This document shows positions 59,025-64,000 of a DNA stretch of 64,000 nt, in pieces. Below the pieces are notes generated by a model. That model was not told where the DNA came from. It did no database searches and worked only from the letters and a program-made list of their open reading frames with translations. Made by a program: the position numbers and the translations under genes. The stretch lies in IMG/VR virus record IMGVR_UViG_3300022674_000045, positions 37,628-101,627 of that record; one strand, written 5' to 3'. The DNA is from a virus. The stretch's first letter is position 1; every line of letters begins with the position of its first letter.

Positions 59025-60483
59025 AAAAATCAGCGTTCATCAACTTGGTCATCTCAGAGATTTGCTTCTCAACTTTCCCAGCGAAATACAATGTATAGAA
59101 TTGAACCATACTTTGCTCAATTTTTGATAATGGAATACCACCAAGTTTCTTACCTGTCAGAATATCACAGAAATCAACTCGTGAAATTCTTCCAACATAA
59201 TGACACAACAATGCATGAGGGAGTATCTTTCCATTGAAACCATAAAAATTCTGATGCTCATCTTGAATTGCTATATACTCATGTATTGATTTGATTTTAT
59301 ATGTTGTCGATAACGATGGACTTTTTAACGGATAGAAATTCAGCAATGCGAATAAATCTTTGTAATCTGTACCGAATACTTTTCTGAATAGATTTTGCAT
59401 GTAGACTGAAATAACTGCTGCATGCTCAGGTGATAGTGTCCGAAAATGATGATAAGGTATTTGCGTCATACTAGCCAATATTGGAAACACCAAAGTTTCA
59501 CATAGGGGCGAAACATACTCAATTTCCGATGCTCTTTCATGAAATGAAATTATATTTTCATCCCCTGCATTACTATTACTGTTTTCCATTGTTATTGTGC
59601 TTATACGCTGCAACATCTCATAAACTTTTTCGTATGCAATACCTTTTAATCTTCCAAGAGTATCATTATAACTGTACGTTTTTAAATTGTCAGTATTGAT
59701 CCCTTGAATGTCCTCTGTTGAAATACTATCATCATAAACAATTGATCCCTTATAAACTGATCTAAGGAACCACTTTACCGATTCATCTATTACCCCCACA
59801 AAATAGGTAATCGGATTCTTGTCTTCTTCACAAAGGATTAAAATGTGATTCATAATAAAATTAAAAATTTCAATTACATGAACTCCAATATCTTTACCTT
59901 GAACATTTTTAATATATTCCCACATAAATCTATCTGTGAGATTATATCTGAATGTCTTGGTCTTAATAACATCGTAAATTTTTCTGATAACATCTGTTTC
60001 AACAATTTCTGATGCTAACTTGTTATATACTTCACGATGTAATGTTTGCCCTAACTTCAATTGATCGTTATTTGATATTACTGAATAAATTTTCAAATAA
60101 CATGACAATCGAATAATCTTTTCAATTTCATCGGGCATAAAAAGAATTGAATTTTTCTTGACCTTGGTAACATCGACAAATTGTGAAAAATCAATCTGTC
60201 TTGATTGTAAATATGCATCTGCATATTTTTTGATCTGTGGAATGTTATCAATGATTGTCTGAGGCTTTCGATCCTCATCTTGACAATCAATTAGCAATTG
60301 CACAAACCAGTCGCTGAACTCTTCTCCGCAACATTCAGCAACGCCCTCTATAAATTTTGTCACAATAAAATATTTATTGGTGACAGAAGAAGATAAGAGC
60401 ATGAGTTTTATTGGTTCGTGTTTTTCATCAATTACTGTCCATTCCTTCGGGCCATTCTGTTCAATTCGCAGCAAAAAATACAC
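59023..60483 (-). CDS. Hypothetical helical protein; candidate RNAP promoter-specificity (sigma-like) subunit
   Basis: 486 aa, monocistronic between an early motif and a terminator; function is inference only. Confidence 0.55.
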   Translation of the reverse strand: MYFLLRIEQNGPKEWTVIDEKHEPIKLMLLSSSVTNKYFIVTKFIEGVAECCGEEFSDWFVQLLIDCQDEDRKPQTIIDNIPQIKKYADAYLQSRQIDFSQFVDVTKVKKNSILFMPDEIEKIIRLSCYLKIYSVISNNDQLKLGQTLHREVYNKLASEIVETDVIRKIYDVIKTKTFRYNLTDRFMWEYIKNVQGKDIGVHVIEIFNFIMNHILILCEEDKNPITYFVGVIDESVKWFLRSVYKGSIVYDDSISTEDIQGINTDNLKTYSYNDTLGRLKGIAYEKVYEMLQRISTITMENSNSNAGDENIISFHERASEIEYVSPLCETLVFPILASMTQIPYHHFRTLSPEHAAVISVYMQNLFRKVFGTDYKDLFALLNFYPLKSPSLSTTYKIKSIHEYIAIQDEHQNFYGFNGKILPHALLCHYVGRISRVDFCDILTGKKLGGIPLSKIEQSMVQFYTLYFAGKVEKQISEMTKLMNADF

Positions 60484-60540
60484 CTCCTACTTGATTTAGT
60501 TTTTGTGGGGACACAATAAATAACGAACACTTCTCATCTA

Positions 60541-60562
60541 TTCATAAATTAATATATATAGA
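60541..60562 (-). promoter_or_regulatory. Putative early promoter TCTATATATATTAATttaTGAA
   Basis: Third copy of the 22-nt motif. Confidence 0.7.
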
Positions 60563-60580
60563 TTGAAGTGTTATAACTGG

Positions 60581-60880
60581 TTAGACTTTTTTGAGTGGAG
60601 TTTGATGTTTCATTCCCCTTTTATTCATTTCATCAACAAAAGTATTATGTAAATCAACAATTGAGTTTACAAACTGTTTGTTTACTGGATTTCTCTTGAC
60701 ATTCCCTGCATATAACATATGAGTTTTTTTGTGGTAATCTAAAAGTTGTTTATCTTTTAGCGACGAAGGAATCTTCCCCTTCATACTTCTTGCAATCTTT
60801 AGTTGTTCTATTTCAAACAATCGTCTTTGCATTATTTTTTTAACCTTTGGATTTATTTTCTTTTTACATCCACAGGGCAT
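60581..60880 (-). CDS. Hypothetical basic protein
   Basis: 99 aa. Confidence 0.6.
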   Translation of the reverse strand: MPCGCKKKINPKVKKIMQRRLFEIEQLKIARSMKGKIPSSLKDKQLLDYHKKTHMLYAGNVKRNPVNKQFVNSIVDLHNTFVDEMNKRGMKHQTPLKKV

Positions 60881-60883
60881 TTT

Positions 60884-61372
60884 TTATAATCCTGTTTTTT
60901 TCTTCCATCCTTGTTTGGCTCTTAGTGCAAATAAAAGTTTTCCCATTTTTTCTTTATTGCCTGGTTTTCCTTTAAGTGCTTCAATTTCTTTTTTAAGTTC
61001 TTCTTCTGTTTTTCCAGCATTTTCTCCTGTTGATTTAACATCAACATCTTTGGACCATTTTTCCATTAATTCAGATTCATTCGTTGCTTCTTCACTAAAT
61101 TCATCATGAAGTTTATTTTGCATTTTGTCTGCCCATTTTGAAAGAGATGGATTCTTTTCCTTATTCCATACAATCAAATTGGTAAGAGCTTTTGCAATTT
61201 CACCATATCCTTTTTTCTTTGCTAATGCTGCAAAATGTGAATAAGGTAGATCTTCAACATCTTTTCCTTCTGGGACTTCTAAAACTCCAGGATGTTTAAC
61301 AGGAATTTTAACTCCAGCAGCTTCTTTTAAAATACTTAAGTAATCATTTTCATTATTTAGATAATCACGCAT
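60884..61372 (-). CDS. Hypothetical protein
   Basis: 162 aa with GGAGG SD. Confidence 0.65.
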   Translation of the reverse strand: MRDYLNNENDYLSILKEAAGVKIPVKHPGVLEVPEGKDVEDLPYSHFAALAKKKGYGEIAKALTNLIVWNKEKNPSLSKWADKMQNKLHDEFSEEATNESELMEKWSKDVDVKSTGENAGKTEEELKKEIEALKGKPGNKEKMGKLLFALRAKQGWKKKTGL

Positions 61373-61373
61373 C

Positions 61374-62297
61374 TTATTTTCCTCCTAAGATACAATTGAG
61401 GTTCCTCATGAATATGTTCTGAGGAACAGTGGACGTCCCGGTTTTTGTTACAACATATCCGGCACATTTATTTGCAACTTTAGCTGCTTGTAAAGCACTT
61501 AACTCCATTGAGAGGCAAACTGCCATTACAGCTACGACCGTATCTCCAGCTCCTGAAACATTATAAACATCTACAGGTTCAGCAGGGATTGACTCAATTA
61601 ATTCAAACTCATTATCAATCAGATTCATTCCCTTATTACCCTTTGTTTCAAGAATATATTTGACATTGTTTAAAGTATATGCAGATGAAAACATCATCTG
61701 TTCCCACTCTTTTTCATTTGGGGTAATCATAAATACTCCATTATAGATCCCACCATTCTTTGGTTTTGGGTCTACAATGATATCCGCATTTTGTTCAAAT
61801 TTTAAAAATTCCATTAGACCATGAGTAACCATTCCCTTTGCATAATCAGAAATAACTACCATGTCATAAACGTCTCTGCACATTCTTGTAAATATTTCAA
61901 TTGGTAATTTCGGATCAATCTCTGTAACTTGTTCACGATCAATTCTTAACATTTGAACTTTTCTTTGATCAGCAATTATACGCTCTTTAACAGTTGTTTG
62001 TTTTGAACCATAGAATAAGCATGAACGAATACCAAGTTGTTTCAATTCATCAGCTATTATTTCACCATCAATATCAATACCAATTGAAGCTAAGCAATCA
62101 ACCTTACACCCTAATTCAGAAATGTTTCTTGCAACATTTCCACAACCACCTAATGTTCTATATTCTTCTGTAACATGTACGATTGGAACTGGGGCTTCTG
62201 GAGATATGCGTTGTACATCACCAACAACATATTTGTCAAGCATTATATCACCAACGACTAAAATTCTTAATTGTTCAAGCTGTTTCATATGATTCAT
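61374..62297 (-). CDS. D-glycero-beta-D-manno-heptose-7-phosphate kinase (HldE/RfaE domain I, PfkB family)
   Basis: VVGDIMLD..GDVQRISPEAPVP, GGCGNVA, SDYAKG, DPK, TPNEKE and SGAGDTV motifs. Confidence 0.9.
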   Translation of the reverse strand: MNHMKQLEQLRILVVGDIMLDKYVVGDVQRISPEAPVPIVHVTEEYRTLGGCGNVARNISELGCKVDCLASIGIDIDGEIIADELKQLGIRSCLFYGSKQTTVKERIIADQRKVQMLRIDREQVTEIDPKLPIEIFTRMCRDVYDMVVISDYAKGMVTHGLMEFLKFEQNADIIVDPKPKNGGIYNGVFMITPNEKEWEQMMFSSAYTLNNVKYILETKGNKGMNLIDNEFELIESIPAEPVDVYNVSGAGDTVVAVMAVCLSMELSALQAAKVANKCAGYVVTKTGTSTVPQNIFMRNLNCILGGK

Positions 62298-62315
62298 CCT
62301 TTCAATAATATAAGC

Positions 62316-62379
62316 AAAAAAATAAAAGGGGTGAGAGTCGCAGAGACAGCTAAGCGACTCTCCACCCTCACCCCTTTTT
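62316..62379 (-). terminator. Intrinsic terminator with compound hairpin
   Basis: AAAAGGGGTG..GAGAGTCGC pairs with GCGACTCTC-ACCCCTTTT, then ATTTTTTT. Confidence 0.7.
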
Positions 62380-62411
62380 ATTTTGTTCTAACTAACTCGA
62401 CGGACGTCTAA

Positions 62412-63290
62412 TTACGACTTCGGTTTGTGATTCCCAGTTTGGGCCGGGGCAGGAGCCGGGGCCGTAACGGGAGCTTCATCCAACGTCGGATAAACCAGAT
62501 TGGCGTCGATCAGACCGAAACCCTGCAACCAAGGAAGATCACGGGTACCGGCTTTGGCACTCGAGTAACCAAACCCACCAGAGGAGATGTTCCCCTTGGA
62601 CAGATCACCGGTGTAAACCTGGGCCTGAGTCGTATTGAACCCAATTCCCCAACCGCTGGTCATAACGTCACGCACGGCACCCTGAGCGGTGAAGTGAATC
62701 ACGTTGCAGCCATTCTTCAGAGCGGTAAGAGCGGCTTTGGCCATGACTTCGGTCATGGTGGTGTCTATGTTTTCGGATTTCGCGGTAATGAAACCCTTCA
62801 GTTTGCCTTCTTGCTTGTCACGGCTGATGATGATTTTGATCCAACGGGTTGCACCATCTTCAGCAGTTTTCGCATCGGCGATGTTCTTGTTGGCAACTTT
62901 GAACTCGGCGTCCGCGGACTCCACACCCTTCAGCATGGACTCAAGGGAACCCTCGGTGAACCAGCAGCTGTACATAAGAAGCTGCTCAACCGGCTGAAAA
63001 CCTTCGGAGGGAAGCGGTTGACCAAAGTAGTTGATGACCGGACCATACTGCACGTCGCCCGGAATGGGGAAACCACGACCATTGTTCAGATCGGCGGCTT
63101 CATTGACACGGTTGTCCACGGAAAGAGGACCATTGATGGCCTGAGTCTGACCTTGACCTTGACCCTGAGCGGTATTGCCAAAACCAATCGCCGCGGCACC
63201 ACTTGCATTGTTGGTTGTCTGTTGAGCACTGGCCATCCCAGCGGTAACCAGAAAACACACTACTGTTGCAATCGTAAGAAACTTCTTCAT
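62412..63290 (-). CDS. Secreted/periplasmic protein with signal peptide
   Basis: Start MKKFLTIATVVCFLVTAGMASA-QQ at 63290 after AAAGGA; GC-rich codons. Confidence 0.7.
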   Translation of the reverse strand: MKKFLTIATVVCFLVTAGMASAQQTTNNASGAAAIGFGNTAQGQGQGQTQAINGPLSVDNRVNEAADLNNGRGFPIPGDVQYGPVINYFGQPLPSEGFQPVEQLLMYSCWFTEGSLESMLKGVESADAEFKVANKNIADAKTAEDGATRWIKIIISRDKQEGKLKGFITAKSENIDTTMTEVMAKAALTALKNGCNVIHFTAQGAVRDVMTSGWGIGFNTTQAQVYTGDLSKGNISSGGFGYSSAKAGTRDLPWLQGFGLIDANLVYPTLDEAPVTAPAPAPAQTGNHKPKS

Positions 63291-63327
63291 TTGTAAATCC
63301 TTTCTTTTAATTAATGAATGTTGTGAG

Positions 63328-63357
63328 ATGCCCCAACCTCGACGTTGAGATTGGGGC
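63328..63357 (-). promoter_or_regulatory. Intergenic hairpin
   Basis: TGCCCCAATCTC / GAGGTTGGGGCA inverted repeat. Confidence 0.5.
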
Positions 63358-63388
63358 ACATGTTAAACGACCAGGTAACGATTAAAGA

Positions 63389-64000
63389 TTAGTTCGGAAC
63401 GTTATTCGTTGCGGTCACTGCCATTCCAGCAGATGAAGAAACGATGGCACCTGAGCCACCCTTCAACGTCAGAATTTGAGTCTGGGTATACCCATCGGCG
63501 CTTCCCTGGAAATTACAATTCAATTTACCAGCACCAGAATATACGCCGACTGTTTTGGCAACACCAAACCCGCCTTCAACGGCCTGAACTGTCATACTTG
63601 CAGCACCACCGGCGGCAATATACCCACCGTCTACGTACCCAAGGGACAGCCCACAATCACGATCACGGCCGTATGTCAAAACCGTAGTATTTGCACCTAC
63701 GTTAGTTCCCATGGTTTCGACCTTGTATCCACCACCCAACCAATCAATGGCACGATAAGATTCGGAGTAGTTGTTGCCGATCATGTAAACGTCACCCTCG
63801 GCTGACGAGGCACCGAACAGAAGAGCACCGGCTCCACCAACAACGTATCCACCTGCAAGCTGACCAGACACACCAGCGGAAAACCCTTTGCTATCCCAAC
63901 CATATTTCGGTGAGGGACCAATAAGAGACCCACCAAGTGTGGCTTCTCCAGCAACTGCACCAAAAGTTCCTTCGGCACCTGAAAAACCAAAGGCCTTCAG
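63389..64000 (-). CDS. Gly/Ala-rich beta-repeat surface protein (partial, starts beyond window)
   Basis: Frame of 63389..63871 is open to the window end (LKAFGFSGAEGTFG...). Confidence 0.65.
   Translation of the reverse strand: MKAFGFSGAEGTFGAVAGEATLGGSLIGPSPKYGWDSKGFSAGVSGQLAGGYVVGGAGALLFGASSAEGDVYMIGNNYSESYRAIDWLGGGYKVETMGTNVGANTTVLTYGRDRDCGLSLGYVDGGYIAAGGAASMTVQAVEGGFGVAKTVGVYSGAGKLNCNFQGSADGYTQTQILTLKGGSGAIVSSSAGMAVTATNNVPN

Noticed and set aside
62427-63296. 289-aa plus-strand ORF
   Set aside because: Antisense shadow of a GC-rich gene that has a clear signal peptide and SD

Overview
This window is a 64-kb segment of an AT-rich jumbo (large dsDNA tailed) bacteriophage genome, read in the standard genetic code with almost every gene on the minus strand. 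It encodes virion and packaging genes (tape-measure-like protein, terminase large subunit, probable baseplate hub). It also encodes two complete, unsplit beta'/beta multisubunit RNA polymerase pairs and replication/repair genes (two-subunit type IIA topoisomerase, SbcCD/Mre11-Rad50, UvsW-like helicase, SSB-like protein, small PolB-like protein). Metabolic genes include FolE2, QueD and an HldE-type heptose kinase. Two intergenic motif classes look like phage promoters: TCTATATATATTAATnnnTGAA (3 copies) and TRGAACAAA (4 copies). Four accessory loci stand out. (1) An array at about 49.84-50.42 kb holds five structured ncRNA units with a shared scaffold plus a leader unit; three of these carry tRNA-like arms. 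It lies directly behind a promoter motif and ahead of a Ro60/TROVE-like vWA gene and an ARPP-1 gene, suggesting a phage Ro/Y-RNA-like RNP system. (2) A PRTRC-like ubiquitin-conjugation cassette (E2, JAB, E1, Ubl) is followed by a second E1 and a mini-E2, next to RNAP genes. (3) Five paralogues share only an N-terminal M[KR]xKxDFVTNSS[S/C] motif and lie upstream of a radical SAM/SPASM-like enzyme. (4) There is a lone mini type IV pilin. All assignments come from motif recognition by eye; no database searches were run.
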